A stretch of DNA of 64,000 nucleotides from Chiloscyllium plagiosum (lineage: Eukaryota). Positions 49,758 through 63,589 of this stretch are shown piece after piece (position 1 is the stretch's first letter; every line of letters starts with the position of its first letter). Below the pieces are notes generated by a model. It was not told where the DNA came from and did not search any database. It saw only the letters and a list, made by a program, of their open reading frames with translations. Where the stretch lies: positions 87,803,012 through 87,867,011 of the forward strand of contig NC_057718.1 in the NCBI RefSeq assembly GCF_004010195.1, written 5' to 3'. Made by a program: the position numbers and the translations under genes.

Positions 49758-51430
49758 GCCATAACGCTCCCAGTGAAAGAACGAATGCCTCAACAGATGC
49801 TGGGATAAAGGAATTGTTTACAAAGACTGTAGTAACTAGCAGATACAATGCTGGAAAGAATTTTAGTATGGACCAGGTGGTCTTTTTCGTGGAGATTATA
49901 ATTTCAGCACAATGGTTTTTGGGATTGAACACACAGCTTCAAGATTCAGCAGTCGAGTGCTGGGACCTGAGCTAATACCAGGTTTGCCCATACCAGATAC
50001 ACCTTCACCAAGCAAAAAAGAAGTTTTTCACAAAGCCACATCTGTATGAACTGCTGTGGGTCTTATTGTCTCTTCTGACCTATCTTCCACAATTTCCTCC
50101 CAAGATGCATTTTTAAAGAGAAAACATGTAACAAATCTCAGGACGCTACAGATGGAAATGATTAATACATTTGATAAGTAAAAGCAACTAAATGAGCTGT
50201 AAGAACAGCAGAGGGCTTTTGTATAGCTAGACTTAGAGGAGCACCTGAGAGTGGGTGGAACAGAATGTGTGCATCACTAATAAACCTCACTGCTCTGATC
50301 ACCTTTCTGCTCCAAAACTTTCATAAAATTCAGCTTTGGGATGACCAAATGCTCCAATGTATCCTACAATGTATACAGTCTACTCTTCAAGCTTACTGTA
50401 CTGAGCCCTACAGATCCGGGAAGTTCCAGGTTGACTCCTACCTGTGTGCTCAGTTAGCTCAGGTCAGTAGGGATGCTGCATGTACAAGAGATGGTGAAGA
50501 AAACATCAACAATTGCTGCTCCTAATTCCTATCTGTTAACCCTTCTGCTGGAAAGAGAGAATGCATACTCACCTGGTGAGAGCAGGTTAGGGTTTGGTTA
50601 TGATGACTGGCCAACTAGCATTCACATGAAGAATGGGTAATCAGGTGGACTGGCACTGGTGAAACCATGTGTGCTGTTACCATACCTTAGAGGAGGTGGG
50701 GAGAAATTTGGGGAGAAACGTTTCTTCTCTTTTCCTCTGTTCCCGAGTTTCCTGTATTACCTGTATGTATCATGCTTTAGACATTGGTAGATAACTTCAT
50801 TGAGCGGTTTTTAGTAAAATCTTTTTGTCTCAATCACCTTGATACCTATGAGAAGTGAAGCCTTAAATTAACTTAAGAAAAACAAAGCTATGTATAAAGC
50901 AGCTTTCAGTGGCCTTTCTGTACAGCATTTCTATAAATTATGCTCTTGAAGAGACCTACAAATGCAGTTTCCAAGACAACGGTGTGATGTTCTTGTGAGA
51001 AATATATATATATATATATTTTTAAAAATGATATGCAGTGCTTGATCAAGACTCTCCTGGCACTGTATAATGATATAGTGCTTAAGTACAGCTTTCAAAA
51101 GACGAAAGAAGAATGAGGTCAACAGCTGAGGTTTTTAATAGACCAGGTACACTCAGTTGCTGTATCATGCACTCTTTGCATCTAAATTACCTGCTATTTT
51201 CAATTTTTGTAAGCACCAGCTTCCTATTTTGTTCTGTTGTTTATGTTGTTGAATTGGCCTCACTTGATAATTCTAAAAGTTTTAGTACAAAAAAAGTGTT
51301 TTACAGTACGATTAGAGTATATATAAAAACATATTGTCACACAGTGGTCTGAGCTTCATCTGCAGGTCTAAATGAAAATTGATTGGTTTTACGTTTTATT
51401 AATAAAACATAATGGGATATCTTAAGTTGA
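49758..51430 (+). other. TAB2: Probable TAB2 3' UTR with poly(A) signal AATAAA at 51401-51406
   Basis: Mostly unique AU-rich sequence after the stop; AATAAA followed by U-rich sequence; a distal ATTAAA at 52112 is an alternative. Confidence 0.55.
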
Positions 51431-52539
51431 TTTTTCCATTTTAATTAGGTACATCGTCTTTTTGGCACAAAAGCCATTTATCAAAGAAGGAGAATTTGAA
51501 ATTTTACTTGAATATCACTGAGTTTGTATAGGCATTTGTGAGAGAGATTCCCCATTTATGATGATCTTCTAGTATGATGGAGAGAGATCACCATAACTCA
51601 ATGCTCCAGGATCTTGAATGGTGTTTGTGGCAGAGAGTGCCCATTATGTATCTGATGTAGCATCTCAAGTACTCTAGATGGCAAAGGAATCTCCTTATAT
51701 CTCAATTTAGTGATATTGCTGGTACTAGGTTTAAGCTCAGCACAGACTACAGGAATAAGATGTTCCTCTTTGATATATGCATATGTATTGAGAGGAAATA
51801 ACAATGAAAAAATAAAATCAAAGGGCTTATCCCTTTCGAGAGCTATTCAAATTCATACATTTTGTTTTTCTTTGAAAATGCCAGGCACTACCCAGATAAT
51901 TCAGTATAATACAGCAGATCTGCAAAAACATGAGCACTTTTGGATCTTGGAGGTAAGCATGTGACTTTTTAAATCACAGAATCCAGTGACTAAATATGAA
52001 ATTGGTCTTCAGTTTTTTTTTAAGGGTTGCGGAAGCATTTATCATCTGAGACCACAAAACACTTTTTCACATTTTGAATGTAGTTTTTACATTTGTAATG
52101 TACGCATTATTATTAAATAATTGCATATTTTAAATATAAATTATTCTGCATATAGGGAGTCAAAATTAGGATTCATAAATATGAGATAGCCATGAATGAA
52201 TTCAAAAAATAATTTAGGAGGGAGTACTTAGAATGCTGAGCATACTGTTTGATTGAGTGTTTGGAGTAAAATATAAATGCCATTAGGATTAGATGAGTAA
52301 GAGAGGGAAGAGGTTTGTGTTGCAGCCTTCACACCAATGTTGTCTGACTGGGCAAATTACATAGATTTTCATGCTGTAAATTCAAAATCCTGACGCTGAT
52401 AAAAAAAATAAAAATTCCCAAGTTTTCATGTTATAATTTCTGAAGAAACAAATAACACTTCTGACATCCCAATGAAGCTAATGAATGAAGGACACATGAG
52501 GATTGAGATAATCTGTTGGCATGGATTGAGAATTGATAG

Positions 52540-54240
52540 GACAACGGTCCCAAATTCTTCAATCTATCTTCATAACTAAAAGCTTCTCACCCCTGGAACC
52601 GTTCTCATGAAACCTCTTTGACAATCTTTCCAATCTGCTCACATTTTTCCAGAAGAACTGTGCCCAGAACTCTACACAGCATGCTAGTTGAGATCCAACC
52701 TGTATATCCTACAGGTTCAGCATAACCTTCCTACTCTTGGACTATGTCTCAACAAACAAAGCCTAACCGTTATACTCTCCAACTGATCTGTCCCCTTTAA
52801 TGACTTACGAGTGTAAAACCCAGGTCTCTCTGTTGCAGCACATCATCCAGAGTGGTGTCCTTTATTTTAGATTCACTCTACCTTTATAACAAATGTATCG
52901 CCTTGCACTTCTATGCATTGAACCTCATCTGTCCAGTCCCCCAATTGTCAATTTCCTTTTGAAACTCTGTGCTCTCCTCCTCACAGTTTACCATATTCCC
53001 AAGTTTTGTATCATGCAAACTTTGAATTTGTACTGTGCACACTATATCAAGAAAAGCATGAGTCCAAATACTGGCCCTTAGAGAATGCTCCTACAAACTT
53101 TTCTCAAAGCTCAAAATATCCATTAATTATTGCTTTCTGTTTCCTAACTCAGCCAGTTTTTTTTTAATCCACATTACTAAGTCCCTTTTGTTCCATGAGA
53201 TCTAACTTTTCTCACAAGTCAGTTTTGCGGTTCTGTATCAAATGCCTTTTTTAGAAGTACATGTACACCACGTCAACAGTATTACCCTTATCAACCCTCC
53301 CTGGTCCATCTGTTCCAGCTCAACTGGACATGACTTTCCCTTTATAAAACCATGCTGACTCTCCTTAGTTAACTTTTATTTGTCCATATGTATCCTGAAT
53401 TATTGTTTCTAATTGCTTCTCCATTACCAAAGCTAAATTGGCTGGTTTGCAAAGTCTGGCACTTCTCCTGAGTCTTAAGACTAAAAATTTATGGCCACTC
53501 ACTTACTTCCCTGAGTGTGTCTGATCCACCTTTTTGAAGGTAACCAATTGTTCAGCTGTAGATTTCCCCACCATTCTTTGGCATCAGTCTATCCAACCCA
53601 GTTCCAATTTTGGCCCAGAAGTTTGCTCTCCCCAGTTAATCAATCTAATTCTGAATTGTTAATTGTTTTCCAGAATGAGCCTAAACCTTACATTGCTACA
53701 GTCACTGTCCTCAACTGATACCTAATCTATTTGGCCCACCTCATTCCCAAGAATCAGCCTGGCAGTGCTTATTTTCTCAGACTGGACACATACGCTGTTG
53801 AAAGTTCTCCTGAACACAGTCTAGAAATCCTTGCCCTTCTCTGCCATTTACACTACTACAATCTCGCTAGACATTTGGATAATTAAGGTGCATCACTATA
53901 ACTGCAATGTTTGCACCTCTCTGTATTTTCCATGTAGATTTCTTCCTCTACATTCACCCTATTAGTAGATAGCCCATACATTACACTGAGCAATGTACTT
54001 ATATCTTTCTTGTTCCTTGACTCTAGCCAAATTGACTGTATACTTCAACCCTCTGGGACACGTTTTCTCCAGCACTGCAATACTCTCCTTAATGCCACCC
54101 CTCCTTTTTTTCCTTTCCTATCTTTACTGAAACCTTGTATCCAGAAAGATTTAAACCCTGGTCCTATTCTTTCTTGAGCCAGTATTATAGCCACAACACC
54201 ATAATTCCACATGGCAACCCATGCCTATCAATCTTATTTA
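52540..54240 (-). mobile_element. Degenerate antisense CR1 LINE fragments
   Basis: Reverse-complement RT remnants (TATCAAATGCCTTT...AAGTACATGTACACCAC, AAACCATGCTGACT) followed by endonuclease-like sequence. Confidence 0.6.
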
Positions 54241-54244
54241 CAGT

Positions 54245-54772
54245 CCTTGTCTCCTTCCAATCGGAAAGGTGCTGTGAAACTTGAAAGGGTTCAGAAAAGA
54301 TGTACAAGGATGTTACCAGGGTTGGAGGATTTGAGATATAGGGAGAGGCTGAACAGGCTGGGGCTGTTTTCCTTGGAGCATCGGAGGCTGAGGGGTGACC
54401 TTATAGAGGTCTACAAAATTATGAGAGGCATAGATAGGATAAATAGACTTGGTCTTTTCCCGAGGTCGGGGAGACCAGAACTAGAGGGCAAAGGTTTAGG
54501 ATGATAGTGAAAATATATAAAAGAGACCTAAGGGGCAACTTTTTCATTCAGAGGGTGGTATGTGTATAGAATGAGTTGCCAGAGGAAGTGGTGGGAGGCT
54601 GGTACAATTGCAACATTTAAGAGGCATTTGGATGGCTATATGAATAGGAAGGGTTTGGAGGGATATGGGCCAGGTGCTGGCAGGTGGGACTAGATTGGGT
54701 TGGGATATGTGGTTGGCATGGACGGGTTGGACCGAAGGGTCTGTTTCCATGCTGTACATCTCTATGGCTCTA
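54245..54772 (+). mobile_element. CR1 LINE 3' end
   Basis: VKLERVQKRCTRMLPGLEDLRYRERLNRLGLFSLE; tail CATGCTGTACATCTCTATGGCTCT. Confidence 0.9.
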
Positions 54773-56769
54773 TACTCTGTGCATTCACATAAATGCACTG
54801 TAACCATAGTTTAAACATTTTATTTTATCTCTTTTTCTGACTCCACCCATTAATTTAGAGATTTATTCAGTGTTGTCTCCTTCAGTACTTTGTGCACCCT
54901 GGTATTTCTTCTGATAGACTTCCCTGGCACCCCCATCTCTACCAATTTAATTTAAACCCTCCCTAACAGCACTAGCAAAGCACCTCTCAAGGATCTCAGT
55001 CCCAGCTCTGTTCAGATGGAAACCGTCTGGCTTACAAAAGTGCCCTCTTATGCAGAGCTAGTCCCAATGTACCAGTAATTTAAATCTTTCCTTCCACATT
55101 TTCATGTCTTATCTTCCTATTTGTACCTACTTGCACTTGCATTAGGAATACTACGGAGATTGCTATTTTTAAGCTTATGTTTGCTCATTTTATATCCTTA
55201 AATTCTGAGAGCTGGACCCAATCTAGTCCCACCTGCCAGCACCTGGCCCATATCCCTCCAAACCCTTCCTATGTATGCTAGCAGTATGAACATGGCCCAC
55301 AATCTCTGGCTACTCACCCACCCTGCTGAAGAATATCCTGCAACTGCTCTGTGACATAATTAACCCTGGCCCTAGTGAGGCAACGCATCATCCTGGGCCA
55401 CAGAAACTCCTAAGAGTTCTAACTGACAACTTCTATCACTACTACTCTTCCAATCTTCCTCCTCCTCTCTTGTACAGCTTAGGCATTTGCAATATACCAA
55501 GCTCAGCTCTTGCTGCGCTCCTCGGAGGAACAATTCCCTTTACCAATAACTAGAGCAGGAAACTGGTTAGTGAGTAAAATTGTCTCAAGTAACATTGTCT
55601 CTGCCTCGTGGACATACCACTGTGACTCCGACCATCACTTTAACTCCAAATTTATGCAGCTCGTGCCATTTTCTGCACATTTTCTCGTCTATGTTATGTG
55701 AAGTGACTATGACTCCCCATGTACCAGAAGCTGGACATTCTGCATGGCCAAGCTCCTCTGGCATATCTTAAGCTTGCTTTTAAACTATGTACTTTAACCA
55801 GATTTGACAGTAGAAAGTAGAATTCCTCCCCTTTCCAGTTAACTCCTTTTCCTGTGCCTATAGGTTGTATACTTAACAGTAAGAAGCAATTCCTAGAGTG
55901 GAAAAAGGTGAAACAAAAAATGCAAAGGGAGTACTTCCTACCTCTCCTTCCCTGAATCCCTCAACTTGCCAAAATCCCAGCTGCATGTTCAAGTTGCACT
56001 CAATGCTATGCCACACTGAGACGCAGTATTTATGTTTTAAAGCTAAAATGTTAAGTTAGCCCCCCTACAGAAATAAGAGTTTCAATTAACTTCCTTCTTT
56101 ACTAATTACACTGTTCCACTGTAGATGGTTTGTATGCACCTGCTCCCAAAATTTAAACAGTAACTTTCAGTTAAATGTAAATAAATTTAGATTTCAGGAA
56201 GCAAATAAGATTTTCCCACCTCTCAGAACTTCCAGTTCTCCATTCAAACCACATACAGTGCTAAGTTGCATCTCCTAATTTTTGTTTCTGATTCATAAGG
56301 CATGTTTAGACTTTTAAAAATTGAAGTTGCATATATCAGGAACTTCTAATAAAAGTTTATGTTCTTTCAATGTCAAGCCTGCAACAAATCAGAGGTGTTT
56401 CCTTGACTCACCTTAGTATTCCTGAAACCTGCCTCGAATGCTGACAAAACTTTCCCCAGGTCGTAATATCCTAGTGCCAGCACGTTCATCAGAGTCAAAA
56501 AGTTGTGGGATTGTTTTCTCTAGAGATTTGAGTTTATAATCCAGGCAGCTATTTGCAGTTCATTTCTGACTGAGTGCTCTTAGCCAATTAGAGATGGGCA
56601 ATGAAAAATGCTGGCCAGCCGTGCCATATCCCATGCATGAATAAAAAGAGACTGCCTTTTTCAGATGAGATGTTAAACTGAGGGGTCTCGAGTGAATTTA
56701 AAATATTCCCAGCACAAATTCAGAGAAGGGCAGGGTGGTATGCATTCTCCCTCAACCAACACCACTATA

Positions 56770-57255
56770 GAAACATAGAGTCATAGAGATAGTTAGCACA
56801 AAAACAGACCCTTTGGTCCAACTCATCCTTGCCAACCAGATATGTTTAAATTAATTTAGTCCAGCACTTGGCCCATATTCCTCTAAACCTGTCCTATTCA
56901 TATTCTCATCCAGATGACTTTTTAAATGTTGTAATTGTAGCAGCCTCTGCGACTTCCTCTGGCAGTTCATTCTATGTATGCACCATTGTCTGTGTGAAAA
57001 AGTTGCCCCTTAGGTCCATTTTAAATATTTCTCCTCTCACTTTAAACCTCTGCCCTCTAGTTTTGGTCTCCCCCACCCTGCGGAAAAGACTTTGTCCATT
57101 TACTCTATCCATACCCCTTGTGATTTTATAAACCTCTGTAAGGTCACCCCTCAGCCTCCAGTGCTCCAGAGAAAACAGCCTGGCCTATTCAGTCTCTCCC
57201 TATAGCTCAAATCCTCCAAACCTGGCAACATCCTTCTAAATCTCTTCTGAACTCT
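56770..57255 (-). mobile_element. CR1 LINE 3' end, antisense
   Basis: Reverse complement of the 3' region seen at 54290-54772. Confidence 0.85.
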
Positions 57256-57484
57256 TTTTGCTATAAAGCACTTTGGGAGCTCTAGAGGTCATCATGAAAG
57301 GTGCAATGTAAATGTGCTTTCATTAACTAGCAGCAAAAGTGACATTAAGTTGCTGTTGCTTTGATTACTGTAATTATGATATAACTTTGTGGTGCATGAT
57401 GAAAGTGATCTTATTTGGCATTTAATTCTCCACCTGTAAATTACATGTCTTTGGATAAACTGGATAATTTAGTATTAATTATAT

Positions 57485-57830
57485 CAAGAGGTTTATAAAA
57501 TCACAATGAGCATGGATAGAGGAATAGACAAGGGTTGTATCCTAGGGGTATGGGGAGGAGTCCAAAACTAGAGGGCATAGGTTTAAGATGAGAGGGGAAA
57601 GATTTGAAAGTGACCTAAGGGATAACTTGTTAACACAGAGGATGGTGTATGTATGAAACAAGCTGCCAGAGGAGACTGGTACAATTACAACGTTTAAAAG
57701 ACATCTGGATGGGAAATGAACAGGAAGAGTTTAGAGGGTTTTGGGCCAAATGTTGGCAAATAGGACTAGGTCAATTTGGGATGTCTAGTCAGCTCACAAG
57801 TTGGACTGAAGGGTCTGTTTTACTGCTGTG
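57485..57830 (+). mobile_element. CR1 LINE 3' end
   Basis: AGAGGTTTATAAAATC...ACTAGAGGGCATAGGTTTAAG...GAAGGGTCTGTTT. Confidence 0.82.
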
Positions 57831-60800
57831 ACTTGTATGCTCAGTATGTTCGCACTATTATTTCCCTAGGTGGCAGTGTAGGCTTGCTTTTGGTATACTT
57901 TCGATAATGTTCGTGTTTTTTTCAGTGGCTATAATAAATTAGATTATTGTTATTCACAGAACCTTGTGAATTAGGTGCTTTGTTGCTTCCACATTTGGGA
58001 TCATTCAATCTTCGATTGTCTATTCCTGTTTTTCTTGTTGTGAGCTGCTACCTTGAATTGTTGCAGTCATTGTAGAGAACATGCTCCCACCATGCTGTTT
58101 GGGTCATTCCAGCAATACTTCATAATGTTCAGCTTATCTAAAACTCAGTTGTGTTTATCCTAACTTAAAATGACTCCACATATTAATATAGTGGCAAGTG
58201 AAAACCTGATGAATGGTATGCCCCCAGAAAACAGAGGATCAGAGGGACTTATGTACTTGGAGAAAGTGAGGACTTACGTACGTGTCCACAGGTCACTTTA
58301 AAGGTATTGGGTTTAAGAGCAGGAAGGTTATCCTGAGATTACGTGAAATGTTGGTTGGCCATAGCTAGAGTAATGTGTGGAGAAGGTACAGAGAAGATTT
58401 ACCATTTAGTTATGAAAAGAGATTGAAGAGAGTATTTTGAAAAGGCATGGAATTTGTAAATGTCGATTTTCAGAGACATTTGCTCATAAAAGGAGACCAG
58501 GTTACCTTGCAAGTACACAAAGCAATTAGGAAGGCCAATTGCACATGGGCCTTAATTACGAAGTGATGGGAATACAAAAATGAAGTTGCTCCCCAGTTGT
58601 ACAGGGCTTTGGTGAGACTGCACCTGGAGTACTGTGTGAAGTTTTATTTTCCATATCACTTGCAAATGTAGGTTCAGTAAATTATTTCTTGGGATGAGAG
58701 AGTTTTCCTATTACTGGCTGAGTAAATTGGGCTTTTTTTTTGAGTTTAGAAAAATTCAAGATTCTGAAAGGACTTAGTAGACTAGACTGGGGCATCTGGA
58801 ACACAATACACAATTTCAGCATGATTTGGGCAAAGAGAAAAATTTATATAAGTACTATGAATCTTAAGAGTTCTAAACCTCTGAAGGTAGTTTATTCAAT
58901 ACATTTAAGGTTGAAATCGACAGATTTTTGTTTTCCCAGGGAATCTTGGGATTTGAGACAGCAAGAAGTGGAGGCAGGAGGTCAGCCAGCTATGATTGAT
59001 TTACTCATATTTCTTATGATCCTGGATGGCTGTTTGTCCCATTCTGAAAGGTATTGGATATTTCAATGACCACAGACCCTAACGATCATTCAAGCACTTA
59101 GCCAAGCTGCAACACTGGTCTCTACCTTACAGTTTGGAAAGTTGACCAGGAATGTCCACTTCACAAAGCAGAGGCCAAATAAAAAATGGCTAATACTGCC
59201 ACATCAGTCTACTTGCAATCATCAGCACAGTGTGAGCTGCCATCGATAGTGGGCTATCAAGTGGCAACAACTGAAAATAACCTAAGTTTGGATTCCACCA
59301 GTGTCACTTAGCTTCTGACCTCATTACAGCACTTGGTCCATATATAGACTAAATAACTAAACTCCAGAGATGAGATGAGAATGACTACTCTTGATATCAA
59401 GGCAGCATTTGACGGAGTACAGCATCAAGGAGCCCTTGTAGAACTGCGTTAGTGAGATTTGGGGTAAAGCATTCCACTGTTGTGCAGTCATGCTACCACA
59501 AATGGTGTTTGTAGGAGATCAACCATCTCAGTCATAGAACATCACTGGAGGAGTTTCTCAGGTCTATGCTATTAGCTAAGTTTCTTCAGCCATTTCTTCA
59601 GTGAGTATTACTCCATCTTAAGGTTAGAAGTAGGATGTTCACTGATATTTTCAAAATATTCAGCATCTCATATGACTAACTCAAAAGACGCTAATGCTTC
59701 TGAACTGGACCAACAATATAAGCACTGTCTACAAGATTATTAGGTCATAGGCTGGAAATTCTGTAGTCAGTAGCTCACCTCTTGACTCGCTGAAGCCCAT
59801 CCACGAACACAGAGAATCCTGGAGAAACTCAGCAGGTCTGGTAGCATTTGTGGAGAGAGAAACGGTAAATGTTTTGATTCTGGTATGACACTTCTGCAGA
59901 ACATGATGACTATCTCTAATTTATCTGTACCTCTTCAAGTAACAGTTAACCCTATCCCTCATTCTGTTTTTACACTTTTTAAAAATCGTAATGATCTGAA
60001 ATTTCACTTCCCAGCATTGCCTTCTCCATTTATTCTTCTTCCTCCTCATATGCTGGGTTTTATTCTCTGATTTCTTTCTTTCTGCTGCTTCTTCCCTCAC
60101 ATGTATTCCATTATCTCTAATCCTGCTTGACCTGAAATATTCAAACTTGTCTTTAAAAGCATGTAGGTAGGATGAGGGTGTGGGCTTCAGGTAGATAACA
60201 GCAATCGTGAGGAGTTCTTGACAAATGGGAGGCATTGCATTCATTGGACTGCCAGAGCAGCTGTGCATTGACTCCAGCTGAGTAAGATAGGGGGCTGCTC
60301 GAGACATCAGTCCAGTCTAGTATCTATGCACTGTTTGGTCTCAAACAGTAGGGGGTGCTGTAGCCATTGGTCTACTCCAAAACCAGTTACTTGGCTGCCA
60401 GAAAGGAAGATGTGTCACAGGATTAGATGGAGCAGAAAGGTTCAAATGAGCAATGGCAGTAGCTTGGAACTTGCTTCCATCCTTACAGCCCACTGGCTTT
60501 CTATTAAGGAAAACTCTATTAAGGAATACTGCAGATGAATATAATCTTAAGATATAACAGGTAGTAGACTCCACACAAATTTGCCCTGCCTGCTGTCTAG
60601 TTATCTCCAGAGCCCACTGTCTCCTTCTCCAGTCCCTCACTCTCCCTTTCAATCAACCAAGATTGTGCTCAGGTTCTTGGATTCTAAAGAAAAGGGTCAA
60701 CTCTGTAGTCCAATGGTCATAGCATGAATCTAGAGACAATAAGCTCAACAGAAAGTAGGGCAGAAGGTAACAGGCTGGGCACAGTAGTCTGAGAGATCTA

Positions 60801-61792
60801 TTTTCCTTGACTCTGGGTGTTGAACTGTGGAATGAACAATGTGAATTGTCAAAAGTAATTACGATAATTTCACTATCAGTAGTCTTAAATTGAGATATGT
60901 ACATAGTCTGCATTCTGTAGATTTTCTGTAAAACACATGAGAAATGTCCTGTTTGTCCTAACTACAGTTAATACAAACAAAGGGTTGGAATGTAGTCCAA
61001 ACCGTTCCTCAGTTTTTATTTTTATTCAGAGATTGTTCTTGTTAAGCATTGAAGGATCCTGAAACTTTTATTTGGATCTGATTTTTTTTTTCAGCAACTC
61101 AAGCCTCTCCCATAACCACATGAAGGTAAAACAATCCAACTATTTTTGGATTGGTTTTCAGGAAGACCTTTTTTCATTTTGAAGAATGCCCCGCTGGAAG
61201 CACAGATCTGGTTGATGTGACAAATTGACAACATCATATACATGTTTCATCATGATATAACTGTATTCCTCACCTTCATTAGCCAATTTATCTTGAATGA
61301 GACTGAGAGAGTTTGAGCACAGAAAAAGGAGGAGGTCATTCAGCACTCAGAAACATCGAAAACAGAGCAGGAGTGGCCATTTGGCTCCTTGAGCATGTTC
61401 TGCCATTCAGTATGTTCATGACTGATCATCCAACTTGATACTTTGTTCATCCTTTCTCCCCAAACCCTTTGATCCCTTTAGCACTAAGAACTATGTCTAA
61501 CTCATTCTTTACAACATTCTGTTTTGGTCTCAACAGCTTAGTGTGGCAGAAAATTCCACAGGATTGCCATTCTGGCCACGTCTTGATGCATTTTTTACTT
61601 TCCCAATCTATAACTATTCAGATAATCTGCCTTCCTGTTTTTACCGCCAAAGTTGATAATCTCACATTTATCTACATCATACTTCATCTGCTATGCGTTT
61701 GCCCACTCACTCAACTCATCCAAATCTCTCGAGCATCTCTGCATCCTCCTCAACACTTCAACCTCCACCCAGCTTTGTATAATCTGCAAAAG

Positions 61793-62765
61793 TGTATGGA
61801 ATAACTTCAAAGAAGTTGGTATCCTATCACTAAGTTGTCTTTTATTTATACGTGCAGAATACTTGAACCTGATCTAGCTCCCTCAGAACCAGCTCTCAGA
61901 GCGAATAGGATGTCTGGCACTCCTTATCTGTTAGACAGGGCTCCCTGATAGGACCAGTTCCAATCAGGGAGCTCCTTATGAGGTCCTCTTGGCTGACCTT
62001 GATACAGTCACTACATCCCTCCTCCTCTGAGTCTGAGGAGATAGGCCAGTTCTTTTTTTGTTTTGTAGCTCCTGGAGTGTTTTAGCAGTGGGTCAGATTC
62101 TTCCAATTCTGCCTCTGATATGGGCAGCATGTAATGTGCAATTTCTTGCCTCTTGTGCCTGGAGAGTCTTGGAAGAAATCCATTCTCTTCTTCAAGCGGC
62201 AAAGGTGTTGAGGCGGCGACATCCATGTCCATCTCAGATTCTGAGGTATCTTCAACGCTTGACAGAAAAGGAGACCCACAGGTTCCAGAACAGTCAGAAA
62301 GGCTGTCAAGATGTCAGGCACATTTTACTCCTGCACAGTTCGTGAGTTTGCAGCTTTTATATGTTCCACGTACTTGTTCAGGACCATCACATCCACCCAA
62401 ACTTTATATGTTATTGGATCTGACCTTGTATCAACCATGCCTTTTATCCATGCACAGAGCATTCCTGTGGTGCCTCCATCAAACTTTGTCCTCTGAAGTA
62501 AATTGTCTCTCTCACTTAGTGGAGTCTTGCATTCTTGATGTGTTTTCCACCCCCTCCCCCTCACCCAATACATCCAGGAAGATCCAATTTAACCCGGTGT
62601 GGAGTGTTCTCCCCATTAGCAATTCTGCTGGAGCTATCCCTGTAGTTGCATGAGGGGTAAGCCCAATAATCAAATAGGAACCAGGACAGTTTGGTACCTA
62701 TTGAAGCTGTAGGTTGTTTCTTTAAGCTTGCCTTCAAAATTTGGACTGCCCTTTCTGCCAGGCCA
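61793..62765 (-). mobile_element. Gypsy/Ty3 LTR retrotransposon 3' remnant: integrase C-part, PPT and 3' LTR (61793-62015)
   Basis: Minus-strand SNGLAERAVQILKASLKK...LSWFLFDY (integrase catalytic-E motif); purine tract GAGGAGGAGGGA directly before LTR start TGTAG; LTR ends ATACA with AATAAA inside. Confidence 0.8.
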
Positions 62766-63400
62766 TTGGACAATGGATGGTGTGGAAAGGGAGGTGATTG
62801 AGGAGAGTTTGTCTATTGAGTCAGTATGGGTGGAAGTCAGAAACAGGAAAGTAGCAGGTACTTTATTGGGAGTTTTCTACAGAGTTGCCAAGAGCAAAAG
62901 TGATACAGAGGAGCAGATTGAGAGGCAGATTTTGGAAAGGTGCAGAAGTAACAGGGCTGTTGTCCTAGGTGACTTCAACTTCCCTAATATCGATTGGAAC
63001 ATCCTCAGTGCAAATAGTTTGGATGGAGCAAACTTTGTCAGGAGTGTCCAGGAAGGATCCCTGACTCAAGGGGATGACTAGAGGGGAGGCCATATTGGAT
63101 TTAACGCTTGGCAACAAATCAGGCCAGGTGTCACATCTCTCACTGAGACAGCATTTCGGTGATAGTGATCACAACTATAGTCATGGAGAGGGATAGGAGC
63201 AGACGATATGGGAAAGTAATAATTTGGGGAGGGGAATTACAACACTATTAGGCAGGAACATTGGAGCATAAATGAGAACAGATGTTCTTAGGGAAACGCA
63301 CATCAAAAATGTGGAGGTTGTTTAGGCAGTACTTGCTGCAAGTGCTAGGTAGGTTTGTCCCACTGAGGCAAGGAAAGAATGGTAGGGAGAAAGAGCCTTG
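62766..63400 (+). mobile_element. CR1 endonuclease-domain fragment
   Basis: ESVWVEVR...LLGVFYR...VVLGDFNFPNIDW and downstream GDSDH motif. Confidence 0.85.
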
Positions 63401-63402
63401 GG

Positions 63403-63572
63403 TGCTGGAGATTAGAGTCAAGATTAGAGTGGTGCCGAAAATGCACAGCAAGTCTGGCAGTATCCGAGGAGCAAGAAATCCTGATGAAGTGCTCCTGCCC
63501 GAAACATCGATTTTCCTGCTCCTTGGATGCTGCCTGACCTGCTTGCTGTGCATTTCCAGCACCACTCTAATC
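63403..63572. mobile_element. Short fold-back Penelope-derived insertion
   Basis: AGATTAGAGTGGTGC...GCACCACTCTAATCT inverted ends; core AATC-CTGATGA-A-GTGCTCCTGCCC-GAAAC-ATC-GATT. Confidence 0.75.
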
Positions 63573-63589
63573 TTTATTAATTTTCTCCC

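Noticed and set aside
49758..52150. Canonical miR-155 or let-7 seed sites reported for mammalian TAB2
   Set aside because: By eye I found only partial 6-mer matches, no AGCATTA or CTACCTC; a proper scan would be needed.
61158..61346. 62-aa minus-strand ORF as the last exon of a downstream convergent gene
   Set aside because: Its 5' part resembles a CR1 3' tail and the peptide matches nothing I recognise; no other exons found in the window.
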